From the NCBI RefSeq assembly GCF_009914755.1, contig NC_060941.1: a DNA stretch of 64,000 nt. One strand, given 5' to 3'. The DNA comes from the human T2T-CHM13v2.0 reference genome, Homo sapiens. Under the pieces are notes generated by a model, which ran no database searches, was not told the origin of the DNA, and was given only the letters and a program-made list of their open reading frames with translations. Within the stretch, counting starts at the first letter, position 1. Every line of letters begins with the position of its first letter. The translations under genes were made by a program, and so were the position numbers. Positions 1 to 14,847 of the stretch are shown here, piece after piece.

Positions 1-87
1 CTTTTTTCACCAGAGCTGCCAAATGGCCTTTTTCTAAGGCATCTTTCAAGTCTGTTAGCACATAGCACAGCAGTTGGTGCTGCCCCC

Positions 88-354
88 TTTTTTTTTTTTT
101 TGTCACCCAGGCTGGTGACATAAACTTAACTCACTGCAACCTCCGCCTCCAAGGCTCAAGTGATCCTCCCACCTCACCCTCCCAAGTAGCTGGGACTACA
201 GGTGTGTGCCACCATGCCCAGCTAATTTTTGTAGTTATTGTAAGAGGCAAGGTTTCGCTATGTTGCCCACAGCTGAACTCCTGAGCTCAAGCAATCCTTC
301 CGCCTCAGTCTCCCAAAGTGCTGGGATTACAGGTGTGACCCACTGCGCCCAGCC
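88..354 (-). mobile_element. AluJ-like SINE
   Basis: T-tail 88-101; GCTCAAGTGATCCTCCCACC and TATGTTGCCC J-type positions. Confidence 0.85.
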
Positions 355-447
355 TAAACATTTTTAATATGGAACGCTTCACAAATTTGCATGTCATCCT
401 TCTGCTAATCTTCCCTGTATTATTCCAGTTTTAATATATGTGCTGCT

Positions 448-750
448 GGCCAGGCGTAGTGGCTCACGCCTGTAATCCCAGCACTTTGGGAGGCCAAGGT
501 GGGCAGATCACGAAGTCAGGAGATCGAGACCATCCTGGCTAACACCGTGAAACCCCATCTCTACTAAAAATACAAAAAGTTAGCCGGGAGTGGTGGCGGG
601 CGCCTGTAGTCCCAGCTACTTGAGAGGCTGAGGCAGGAGAATAGCGTGAACCCGGGTGGCGGAGCTTGCAGTGAGCCGAGACTGACTGCGCCACTGCACT
701 CCAGCCTGGGCGACGAGTGAGACTCCGTCTAAAAAAAAAAAAAAAAAAAA
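448..750 (+). mobile_element. AluY-like SINE
   Basis: GATCGAGACCATCCTGGCTAACAC, GCGTGAACCC, GAGCTTGCAG diagnostic positions; A20 tail. Confidence 0.9.

Positions 751-757
<7 letters not shown>

Positions 758-797
<40 letters not shown>
758..797. repeat. (TG)20 microsatellite
   Basis: Perfect dinucleotide run after the Alu tail. Confidence 0.97.
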
Positions 798-800
<3 letters not shown>

Positions 801-934
801 CCAAAGCAAGCACCAGTTGCTACTTCCTAACACATGTAAGACTACAGTTTTCCCTGGGCAGGGACTGAGATGAGATGTCTCCTTATGTTTCCCTGACCTC
901 AACAGGGTAGACACTCAGGAATATTCAATAATGA

Positions 935-1072
<138 letters not shown>

Positions 1073-1499
1073 TGAGTGCAAGTGTAGCTAGCACTGAGGG
1101 AATGCAGACATCTTTGAATGTAGTATGGAGTAGGTACTGAGGAAGAGGACTCTCCTTGTTTTTCCATCTCTTATTTGCAGGATAATATCCTTATTTTATG
1201 GGTGTGTTTTCTTTGGGCCTGTCTGGCAACCAGATAGGAAAGAAAATACTTATGTTGGAAGAAGGCAAGGAATGCACATAGCAGATAAATTTGCATCTAG
1301 GCAAAAGAGTTAGTCCCACCAGAGTGTTCTGGGGTCTCCCAGCAGGAGCCACTCTTGCCCTAGAGCTATTCTGTCAGCACTGGCTTCTTGGGAATAGCAG
1401 GGAGCCTAGGAATGGGGTGTTCATTTTCGTCAGTTCTCCTTGAGGGCTTTATGGTGAGAAACAAGGGGCCTAACTGTAGAATTTAGTGCAGAAATCTAG

Positions 1500-4196
<2,697 letters not shown>

Positions 4197-4234
4197 CTAC
4201 TGAGGATATTGGCCATTTGTTATTTGGTATTTTA

Positions 4235-4580
4235 TAGATATTCCTTACCTTATAAACTGTTATAAGTTTAAAATATTGTAAGTTGAAATGGGTATTTTGT
4301 AGACATAGGATGCAAATACACAAAACACTATATCCAAAAATTGCTCACAGCAGAACAGTGTAAAGTATCTGTTGTTTCCTCTGGTGATTGTGTGGCTGAC
4401 TGGGAGCTGCGGCTCATTGTCACTGCCCAGCATCAGGAGTGGGTTTGGTACCACAAATTGCTAGCCTGGGAAAAGATCAAATTTCAAAGCATAGTTTCCA
4501 CTGAATGCCTGTTGCTTTTGCACCATCATAAAGTTGAAAAATTTTAAGTTGAACCATCATAAGTCAGGGACCATCATCTG
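4235..4580. mobile_element. TcMar-Tigger DNA transposon fossil (MER47/Tigger5-like)
   Basis: Terminal AAGTTGAACCATCATAAGTCAGGGACCATCATCTG|TA and internal GACTGGGAGCTGCGGCTCA..CTGCCCAGCATC recalled from the consensus. Confidence 0.65.
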
Positions 4581-4587
4581 TACATAA

Positions 4588-4925
<338 letters not shown>

Positions 4926-5474
4926 CAAGACTGATTTTTCTTAAAGATCAGTGTCTAGAACAAGTTTCTGATGAGCTGCCATTTCCTTTTGACAATGAGA
5001 GTAACCCAGCCACTGAGTATCCCTCTTTGCCTTGCCTGCTAGGGGGCTCAAAACAAAACTTTGTGTTCAGTCTGAGTTATCTTGTATTATGTTTTAATGG
5101 TTTAGTTTTATTTTTCAGTGTTTTTCATATAAACTGCCTCCAATCTTTTCTCTAAAGGAGTAGAGGTATAAACATACACATAGAGGACTGAGTGATGGTA
5201 GGACCTTGGGTGAGGAGAGGGAGGATTAGAAGAAAACAATTCTGAAAGAAAGAAGGAGCACAAGAGGGTCAGAGGTGAGAAGGATAGAAAGGTAAGTGTT
5301 GAAGAAAAGAAAGTGGAAAAGTCTTAGAATATTTCTAGCTGGCAGGAGAAGGGAGAGGGAGCTGGCCTCAGGGAAAGGTGATCTTCCTAAACAGGTCCTC
5401 CATTTCCCTTTGGGTCTGGGTCTAAGCCGGGGCCTTGTCTGAATAGGCTTAAACATGAAAGCGAGCGTTCTTGA

Positions 5475-5741
<267 letters not shown>

Positions 5742-6147
5742 TAGGAAAAAAGTGTGTTTATGTGGCAGGTAATGGGGAGAATGGTGCAGGTGGGAGAGAA
5801 AGCCACAGCTGCTGCTCCTTGGAAGGGTATCCAGAAATTCCATCTGCCAGGCTGGCTGGCTGGCTCCAGAGGAGAGCATCTTCTGTTAGGAGACCACAGT
5901 TAGATATTTGCCACAGCAGTAAGAATTCCTTACATTGGGTTTACAGGGTTCTCGCATCCATTCACTGAGCAAACATTTAACTCAGTGTAGGGTTAGAGGC
6001 AGCTCAACAGGTTGTCTGGGTTGGCAACCTGGATCCACCCACCACCTTAGTTATTGTTCTTGGAGAAGCCAGTTTCCCTCTCTGCCTCCACTACCTTGAC
6101 TGTAAAATGAGGATAAAAAAGTCTGCCTTAGAAGTGGTGCTGAGGAA

Positions 6148-6445
6148 GCCGGGCGCGGTGGCTCACGCCTGTAATCCCAGCACTTTGGGAGGCTGAGGCA
6201 AGCAGATCACCTGAGGTTTGGAGCTCAGGACCAGCCTGACCAACATGGAGAAACCCCGTCTCTACTAAAAAAAAAGTTAAATTAGCCGGGCATGGTGGTG
6301 CATGCCTGTAATCCCAGCTACTCGGGAGGCTGAGGAGAATCGCTTGAGCCTGGGAGGCGGAGGTTGCGGTGAACAAAGATCGTGCCATTGCACTCCAGCC
6401 TGGGCAACAAGAGCTAAACTCCGTCTCAAAAAAAAAAAAAAAAAA
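6148..6445 (+). mobile_element. AluSp-like SINE inserted in a MIR (~6040-6550)
   Basis: CATGGAGAAACC and GCAACAAGAGC diagnostics; 16-bp TSD AAGTGGTGCTGAGGAA (6132-6147, 6444-6459); flanks carry MIR core CTGTAAAATGAGGATAA. Confidence 0.88.
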
Positions 6446-6467
6446 GTGGTGCTGAGGAAAACAAATG

Positions 6468-6493
6468 AGTATATGTGCTGCCGAAGCGAGCAC
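6468..6493 (-). pseudogene. 26-nt 5' fragment of U6 snRNA (3'-truncated, tailless retrocopy)
   Basis: AGTATATGTGCTGCCGAAGCGAGCAC is the exact reverse complement of U6 nt 1-26; flanked by AAAACAAATGAG / AAAACAAGTGAG. Confidence 0.88.
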
Positions 6494-7429
6494 AAAAACA
6501 AGTGAGAAGAGATGAGATAGTGCTTGACGGCGAGGGTCGGCTGTCGTTATTAAGTGCCAGCTCTTCCGGCCACTGGGGAAAGCAGGTACAGTCTGCTTTC
6601 AAGGGCCCACTGCAGTCCAGTGAAGCAAGACACATCCAAATACCTGTTGAACTGCAGTTTGTTGGGAAGAGGAGGAAAGAAAGGGTCTGGGGGCAAAGGT
6701 ACAGGAAGGGGCAGGTATGCTCAGTGACTGGAGAGCTGAGCCTGGCTGGAGTGTGGGTTAAACATGGGGAGAAATGATGCTGGAGACTGAGATGAGACCT
6801 CAAAGGGCCTTGAATGCCATGCCAAGGAGTTTGAACTCTGTCCTCTGCCATAGGAACCTAGGGAATCAGGTGCCTTTAGGTGGACGTGACAGGCTGTTAC
6901 CGCCTGCAGGAGGCGCTGAGGTCCTGAGCAAAGACAGTGGCAGTGGGGAGGCAGGAAGGCAGCTGTCAAGGGGACTTAGTCACTTAAAACAGAAGCGAAG
7001 GATGTAGAGACAGAGGATGGCTGGGTTCTCCAGCTAGGCTAGCCAAGACAGAATGTAGAAGGAACAGGTTTGGGGGAAGTGGGTTTGTGGTTGGACAGGT
7101 TGGGTTTTGAGGTACCTGTTAAGATATCCAGGATCAGAGCCCATCAGACAGCTGCTAAAGCACACTGGAGCTAAATAGGGATTCTTCTCCCTATTTTACA
7201 GAGAAACTGAGGCTCAGTGAAGAGAGACATACTATTTGCCCAATGTCACACTGCTGATTAGTAAAAGAAATTCAGGGCTTGAAGTCTCTTTCACTTTCCT
7301 TTACATAATTCTGCTTCCTTCCAAGGAAGGAGCTGAGAGGGGCTTCCCACATCCTGGGAATCATCCCTTACTTCAGGCATGTCTTGGGGCCAGAGCTGGG
7401 AATCTTGAGCCTAGAAAAAAGAGAGTTAA

Positions 7430-7585
<156 letters not shown>

Positions 7586-8153
7586 TGAGTATGGGCTGGG
7601 AGAAGTCTAGAAGCTCTGCAGACACCCTGCCTCTCTCCCTTCTCCACGAGCATACACCCCATTTTCCCAGCCCCCTGGTCAGGTGTGAGATAAGAAAGGT
7701 GCTTTTGGCAGTCCTGGGTGAGCAAAAGTCCATGCCTCCCTATGGCTGGTAACTGGCAGCCTACCCAGCTTCCTCTGGCCTCTTGTCAGGTGAGGTTCTG
7801 TGACCCCGTGCTCACAAGAGACATTTCTTCCTTAACAATGTCTCCGAAGTCTCAGGGATCCGTGTTGGGGTGAGCCACAACAAAGCTACTGCAGATGGAT
7901 TGAAATTCTAGGTGGCTCGCATCCTCTCTCCAGCCCAGATCTGTGTGATGTTCTGAGCTCTAGAGACCAATTTCCAAGCCTCAGCCAACTCCCTAAGTGC
8001 CATCCTCCTTGTCCTTTTACTTGTTTGGGGCCATCACCAGGAACCTGATTGGATAGAGTAGGAGGTATCCTTCCAACCACTTTCCTACATTGCAGGATAA
8101 GCATTTGGACCCTTTTGGGGGATAGCCTGCTTAATTACCGTGAAATAGTATTT

Positions 8154-8879
<726 letters not shown>

Positions 8880-9196
8880 AAGCTCCTTCCCTTCTTTTGA
8901 GAGCTGTGAAGTCTGGCCCTGAATCATTTTCTGGGAAAGCCTCCCTGAGGTGGTTCCACCTGTGGAAAGTCGGCCCAGGTCTCTGTTCCTATCCCTCCTT
9001 CCTCACCACAGGCGGAGGAGATGAGCTAGCAGGAATGAACTAGAGCAGGATAGTTACACCTAGAGGCAGCGGGCAGCTATTTGTTCTGCTCCCTTGCCGC
9101 AGGGCTTGAGGGCTTGGTGCTGAGGGCCAGGAGAGCTAGTCACAGTCACGGTCCAGATGGGTAGAGATGTTTTCTTGTGATTTTCTCCCTCTGCAG

Positions 9197-9245
9197 CGAG
9201 AAGGACAAAATCACCACCAGGACACTGAAGGCCCGAATGGACTAA
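9197..9245 (+). CDS. PSMB3: PSMB3 terminal exon, coding part
   Basis: ctctgcag|C GAG AAG...ATG GAC TAA; EKDKITTRTLKARMD*. Confidence 0.97.
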
Positions 9246-9282
9246 CCCTGTTCCCAGAGCCCACTTTTTTTTCTTTTTTTGA

Positions 9283-9288
9283 AATAAA
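9283..9288 (+). terminator. PSMB3: PSMB3 poly(A) signal
   Basis: AATAAA ~40 nt after the stop, with a U-rich upstream element and U/GU-rich downstream sequence. Confidence 0.9.
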
Positions 9289-9943
9289 ATAGCCTGTCTT
9301 TCACTCCTGCTTTTGTCTTTGATGCTTTCCTGCAGATCTCTGCCCTAGCTGGGCAGCTACAGCCAGCCACTCAAGTGTGTGTGGCCTGGCCCTCGGCTTG
9401 CTTTCTGGCTCGTGCTCTACTCCATCAGTGCGTGCCAGTGGGGACAATCCACATGTCACTTGCTGCATGCTCCCTGTGTGCTAGGCCCCACACAAGTGCT
9501 TTACACGATCTAGAATTTATTCATCATAATGACTCAAGGTAGTTGAGATTATCCTTGTTTGGAGAAGAAGGACAGTTAAATAACTTACCCAAGTCTACTT
9601 TAATAAGTGATAAAGCCAGGACATAAACTCATGTTCCATTGATGCCAGAGCTTAGAATCCTTTTCACTCAAACTCTACGGGAAAACCCTTACATCTTTTA
9701 TTGCTTCAGGTAGAAATTTGGTCAAGTACCCATAAGTAGTCTAGATTAGTGTTTCTTAACCTGGCCAGCTCATTAGTCACCTGTGGAATTCCTAAAACAC
9801 ATACCTTGATCCCACCCCTTGAGATTCCAATTGGCCTTTTAGGGGCCTGGGTACCTGTCTTTTCCAGAATTCCCCAAGTGATTCCAGCTTGCAATCTGCA
9901 GTACATAGATGGCCTAATAAGCAAGTAGAAAGTTTGCATAGCA

Positions 9944-10098
9944 GAGTGGTTCCCAAACGTTAGCCCCCATCACAATCACCTGGAGGGCTCATTAAAAGTT
10001 TGATTCAGTAGATCTGGGTTGGAACCTGAGAATTTACATTTCTGACTCCCAGGTGCTAATGACACTGCTGGTCCAAGACCACACTTTGAGAACTACTG
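9944..10098. mobile_element. hAT-Charlie MER5A-like element (a second MER5-like relic at ~9745-9890)
   Basis: TIR-like ends AGTGGTTCCCAAAC ... CACACTTTGAGAACTACTG; internal AATCACCTGG, GATTCAGTAGATCTGGG. Confidence 0.7.
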
Positions 10099-10289
10099 GG
10101 TTTTAAGCTAAATGCCCAGATGCAGTAGATGAGGTGCACAGAGGTGACATGTTCAAAGTTATGTCAGGTGAGTGGCTCCTAGCCAGAGTTCGTTCTACAC
10201 AGCTGGAGGCGGGGGGGCGGGGGGGGTTGTCCATTCTTCCATGTGCATGGTAGTAACAGCTAACAGGCAGATTGGCTCTGGTGCTGTGG

Positions 10290-10575
10290 TGTTTTGTTTG
10301 TTTTTTCCTTAAGAGTCTCATTGTTGCTAGGGCTGGAGTGCTGTGGTGCAATCATGGCTAACTGCAGCCTCAACCTCCCAAGCTCAAGTGATCCTCCTGC
10401 CTCAGCCTCCTGAGTAGCTGGGACTACAGACATGTGCCATCACATCCAGCTAATTCTTGTTTTGTAGAGACGGGGTCTCACTATGTTACCCAGACCGGTA
10501 CTGAACTTCTGGGCTCAAGTGATCCTCCTGCCTTGGCCTCCCCAAGTACTGGGCGTGAGCCACCAAACCCAGCCA
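10290..10575 (-). mobile_element. AluJ-like SINE
   Basis: Alu consensus with J-type positions. Confidence 0.85.
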
Positions 10576-10785
10576 GTGGTGCTGTGCTTTTAACCACTGT
10601 TTATTAATTGCATCTGAAAGCGGGATGTCATTGACCATATTCTTTCTCCAAACTCAAGCCATACATTGATTTAGCCGAAGCTGCCTCTAAAGCTAGGACC
10701 AAAACTTTTTAATTCTGGGAAGAAAAAAAAAAGGTTCATTTCCCAAGGACTCACACATAACAGATGTACACAAAGCTTTTTGAGT

Positions 10786-10791
10786 TTTATT
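10786..10791 (-). terminator. PIP4K2B: PIP4K2B distal poly(A) signal
   Basis: TTTATT on + (AATAAA on -), with a GU-rich downstream element on - (TGTGTACATCTGTTATGTGTG). Confidence 0.8.
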
Positions 10792-12588
10792 TTTTTCCTC
10801 AGGTTGGAGATTCATCGTAACATGCATGCATTTTCAAACAGTAACAGGGTCTCAAACTTTTTAAAGCAGACGTTAGACAAGCACAGGGGATTGAAAATTC
10901 CCATTTAAAAAATGGAAACTGCAGTGGGATATGGAGAAGTCACACACTTGGTGGGGTGGTGGTTTGTCCTGCTTCCCCAAAAGGTGGATATGAACTTAAT
11001 TCACATTTTTTAATTTCAATGATCTGACCTGATGCTGGGATGTGCCGAGCAGTACTGCCCCCTCCCCCAAGGGTGTTGGCTCCCACCGCCTCTCACAGTG
11101 GCTCTGCGCAAGGGCAAGAGGCTCCTGTGGAAACTTCTGCCCTGGGATACTGGCACAAGCTGCCAAGGGACAGCTGAGTCTCCTTTTCCCCATGGGGCAC
11201 TCTTCATAAGTGGCACATTCTAGAGGAGGGAGAGGGCCACGGTCACTGACCCCTGCAGATGGCTGGTAGATTGGGGAACAGTTGTCTGAATGGGTTTTCC
11301 CTTTCAGGACCTCCTGCCCGCATGACTGCCAGGAAGAGATGAGGCTCCTAGACTTGGGGGGCCACAGGTTTAAGGCCAGAGCTCTGAGTGTTGTTTAAAC
11401 GCACTGTCCCTTCTAGCCCCCAACACCTGAGTAACTCACATGCTGGGGTGCTGCAGTTTTCTCTCCCACCCTGAATTGGTAAAAAGACAACTGGGGGGTA
11501 GGACTGGCTACTGCAAAAAGTCCTGGGTCTTTGGTCCACCTCCCCAAGGTATGCCCTGGCAGACCATGAAGACAGGAAAGGCAGGGCAGGAGTGTAGCCT
11601 CACGCCCTGAGCGCTACCAGCAGGCCTGTTTGAGGCCAAAAGCACAGGCAAGAGAAAGAGTCAAGTAGGGAGAGGGGATAAAGAGCTGCCTGTGGTGGGA
11701 ACTTAAGAGACTGCCACTGAGAACAGCCACAGGGGCCACTCGTGGCGCCTGCCACAGACCAGCAACCCCTGAGCTAAAGAAGGAGAGGTGGAGCACTGCT
11801 TCAGTCTGCGCCCCTCAGCTGTGGCTTCCCGGCATGCCCTGTGACCCCAAGCCGCAGGGTACAGGAAAGAAGTTTGTGCTGGGGGACTCAAAGACCCAGA
11901 GGTTAATTAACAGGAACCAGGGCCAGGGGCCTTCATCTAGAGGTCAGTGGAGTCTCCAGGGCACTCATCACTGTGGCTGGGAGACTACAGTGTCTCGGCT
12001 GCGGACTTGTGGAAGAAGAGGGGGAAGGATGGGAGAAGGGGTGACTGGATGCCAGCCAGGAATCCTGGCCTTAGCCCTATCCTGGCCTCGCCTAATCAGC
12101 CATGTCGTTATTCTTACACCTTTCTTCTTGGGAGACCCAACATTATTCTGAGATGCCATGAGACTGTTTAGCTTTTCTTCATGGCCCCAGGGAGTGAGGC
12201 TGAGGGCAGTCACTTCCCCTCCAATGCCCTCGACTGCCCAGTAAAAGAATGGCGGGACCCAAGGAGGAAAGAGTGGGGGCAGACAACGCTTGGGGGATCA
12301 GTCCACTTTCTCTACATTCAAACTGCAGACCAAATAGAATACCATGACAAAAAGAAGAGAAAGGAAACTTGTATAAACCAAGATAAATAGCTTTTAAACA
12401 TTTGAATGCCAAAAATTGGGGGCCAAACTCAAGGTTTTGAAGATAGCACAGCGAATGACCTTTAAAAAAAAAAATTGAAAATCCACCAAACCACAGCTCA
12501 AAATGTTATGACCCAGTCAACAATACTGTCAGAAAAACAAAAAGCATTTGAAACAGAATGCTACCTCTCAAAATGTAAACAATATACA

Positions 12589-12618
12589 AAACACACAAAC
12601 ATACACACACACACACAA
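12589..12618. repeat. Imperfect (CA)n, read as (UG)n in the PIP4K2B 3'UTR
   Basis: ACACACAAACATACACACACACACAC. Confidence 0.85.
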
Positions 12619-14766
12619 ACTCAATGTTAAACAAGTTAGATACCTGGTAGTCGTCTTTAACCAGTAAGAATGTGTTACACTTTCCATACACATTATGGCA
12701 ACATGATCAGCAGACCAAATGCAGAGAAGCCGGTAGGAACCCGAGGCCACGGAGGCTGCTGGAAGACAGCTTTCCAAGCTTCAGAGATGCTGCGCCTGAC
12801 GAGGAGCAGATCCAAACTTCCATTCTTCATTATGACGTGGGGAAATCAAGTCCAAACATTATTCCTACATAATCCCTTTCCCAAGTCAAATTTGTTTTCT
12901 CCATGAGCCAGTTGGTTTCAAGTTCCCTAAGTCATGTAGTGGTCTTGCGGCAGTTGTTCAGACCTACCTATGGCCCCTTCCTGGGGCCAAGGCAGTGGTT
13001 TGACCCCCATCTGCCTCTTCCAGAAGGTTTCCCATCCAATCCAGCAGCCCCAGTGAAGTCCAAGAATGCCGTCTCCATTCTTTCCTGACCTATATGCTGT
13101 GAGTCAGGCACAGAGACAGTGCTGGTTCCTGCTTCGGAAGCTGGGCTTGGCCAGGTTTGGAAGGAGCCACAGGAAACCAATCTATTCATTCAAAATGGTT
13201 TCACAAGCGATCTTCACATCTTTGGGGTTATCTACAAGTCTGACCATATCTCATCCCAAATCCCCAGTTCCTGGTTGAGGGGGTGAGAAGATGCAGGAAT
13301 GTACCTCCCCCAATGCAGAACAACAGAGCTGTTTCTCTCCTGGCCAGAGCAGCCTGTGGCTCAGTTCTGAGGGCCTGGGTGGCAGGCTCCGAAGGCAGGT
13401 GGAACACCTGCAGGAAGCCACTCCTTCCAAAAAAGCCTGTGGGCTGCAGATCTGCTAAAAGTCTAGAGCGGGGCAACAAGGAAAAACAGCCCCAAGGCTG
13501 AGGCCAGGTCAAAACCCACATCAAGCCTCCAAACTGGATTTCCTGGATCACATCCTCATGTAACTAGGAAGCCACCTCACGTTTGGACACCACACTCTAA
13601 GATGGGGGCACCTTGCTGGCTGTAACTCTCCAGGCACAGGGAGACAGATCTCCTACAAGGTCATCCCGGAGCTTAACGAGGTGTCTCTGCTAAAAAGCAC
13701 TCCAGGCGCTTGGAGATCTGCCCAGAGCTAAGAGTTCGGCTAGAAGTAAGAGTGCCTGGGAGGAGGTCAGAAGGAAGAAGGAAATAGATCGAGGGCACAG
13801 GGCCTCATTTGATACATCAGTTTCTGAAGTTTTCCCAAAGGGAAATAACCATTTAAACATGAGGGTCCTGATAAATCCAAAGGTACTCTAGTTCCTCTTG
13901 ACCTAGTGGGAGGCAGGCTTTACAGAGAGGACTTCTGAACTCCAGGGGCTAAGACAGCCTGGGGCTTGGGTGATCATCACAGGGTTCTCTGAGAACCAGG
14001 TGTCCAAGAGCCCAGCCGCTTTCCTGCCCCTCACCATCCCATGAGGATGAACTTATTCCCCTCTGAGATCTCTGATTCTGATCTGAGATCTCTGGTGTTG
14101 ACCTGGTGTATTCCAGACAGGATGGAGGAATAATGCAACAGTTTTCACTTGAATCCAAGGGAAAGGTGGAGGAAGTTGTGCACAATACTCCATAAATTAC
14201 AAAGTTAATCCAGACAAGAGCAAATGCAGCAGGGCGAGGTGTCTGACCTCTCCAATCTGGCATCCATAGCACTTGGTTCTGGAAGGACCCTTGTGCTGGG
14301 TCTACCGGGTATCTCTTTAATTGAAGGGAACTGAGAGCTCAGCAAAGATGGGGAGGGTGGGTAGGCTGATGAAATATGATTATAAATAGCAAACCTGGAG
14401 CAATGAAATTTCAGAAACAAAACCCAAATAAACCCACGAAGTCATCTCTAGCCCCAAGGTATCTTAAAAGGTTACAAGGTACCAAAAAGGGAACCCCTTT
14501 TTAACCTGGGTGTCAAATGGGGAGAAAAAATCAAGGGTAAGCAGAAGGTGGGGTTACATCCTGTGAGCAGGTGCACACACAGCACATCCCCCTCCTCTTC
14601 AGCTAAAGTCTCTTTCGGTGTCACAGGCTGCAGTCTCATTGCTAAAGCCCTCCCAAACCCGACTCTGCTCCCACCCTCCCATCTAGCCCAAATACACCCT
14701 TCTCCCTAACTCCCGATCCCCGACCCCATATCCAGCTCTCTGGCTCTGGCTGAAGGTAGAAGAGAA

Positions 14767-14847
14767 CTACGTCAGGATGTTGGACATAAACTCGTTGAAG
14801 CGTTTGGAGTACTGCTCAGGGTTCACAGTCGAGATCTCGGCCCCTGC
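14767..14847 (-). CDS. PIP4K2B: Phosphatidylinositol 5-phosphate 4-kinase type-2 beta, exon 10
   Basis: gtattacag|GCA GGG...ACG TAG; AGAEISTVNPEQYSKRFNEFMSNILT*. Confidence 0.97.
   Translation of the reverse strand, partial: AGAEISTVNPEQYSKRFNEFMSNILT

Larger units (their letters stand above)
366..813 (-). pseudogene. U6 snRNA retropseudogene split by an AluY and a (TG)n tract
   Basis: 366-446 matches the reverse complement of U6 (AATATGGAACGCTTCAC..TTTGC.TGTCATCCTT..TGCTAATCTT..TGTAT..TATATGTGCTGC); the U6 5' end resumes after the Alu as GTGCTGCCAAAGCAAGCAC (795-813). Confidence 0.9.
10770..14766 (-). other. PIP4K2B: PIP4K2B long 3'UTR (~4 kb, Alu-free)
   Basis: Unique sequence between the stop codon (14767) and the poly(A) signal (10786); 3' end approximate. 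Confidence 0.8.

Noticed and set aside
616-914. ORFs with HTHTHT repeats
   Set aside because: Translation of the (TG)20 microsatellite and Alu tail.
9298-9350. Acceptor-like pyrimidine tract and CAG after the PSMB3 poly(A) signal
   Set aside because: Adequately explained as the U-rich downstream polyadenylation element; use would give only a few codons before TAG.
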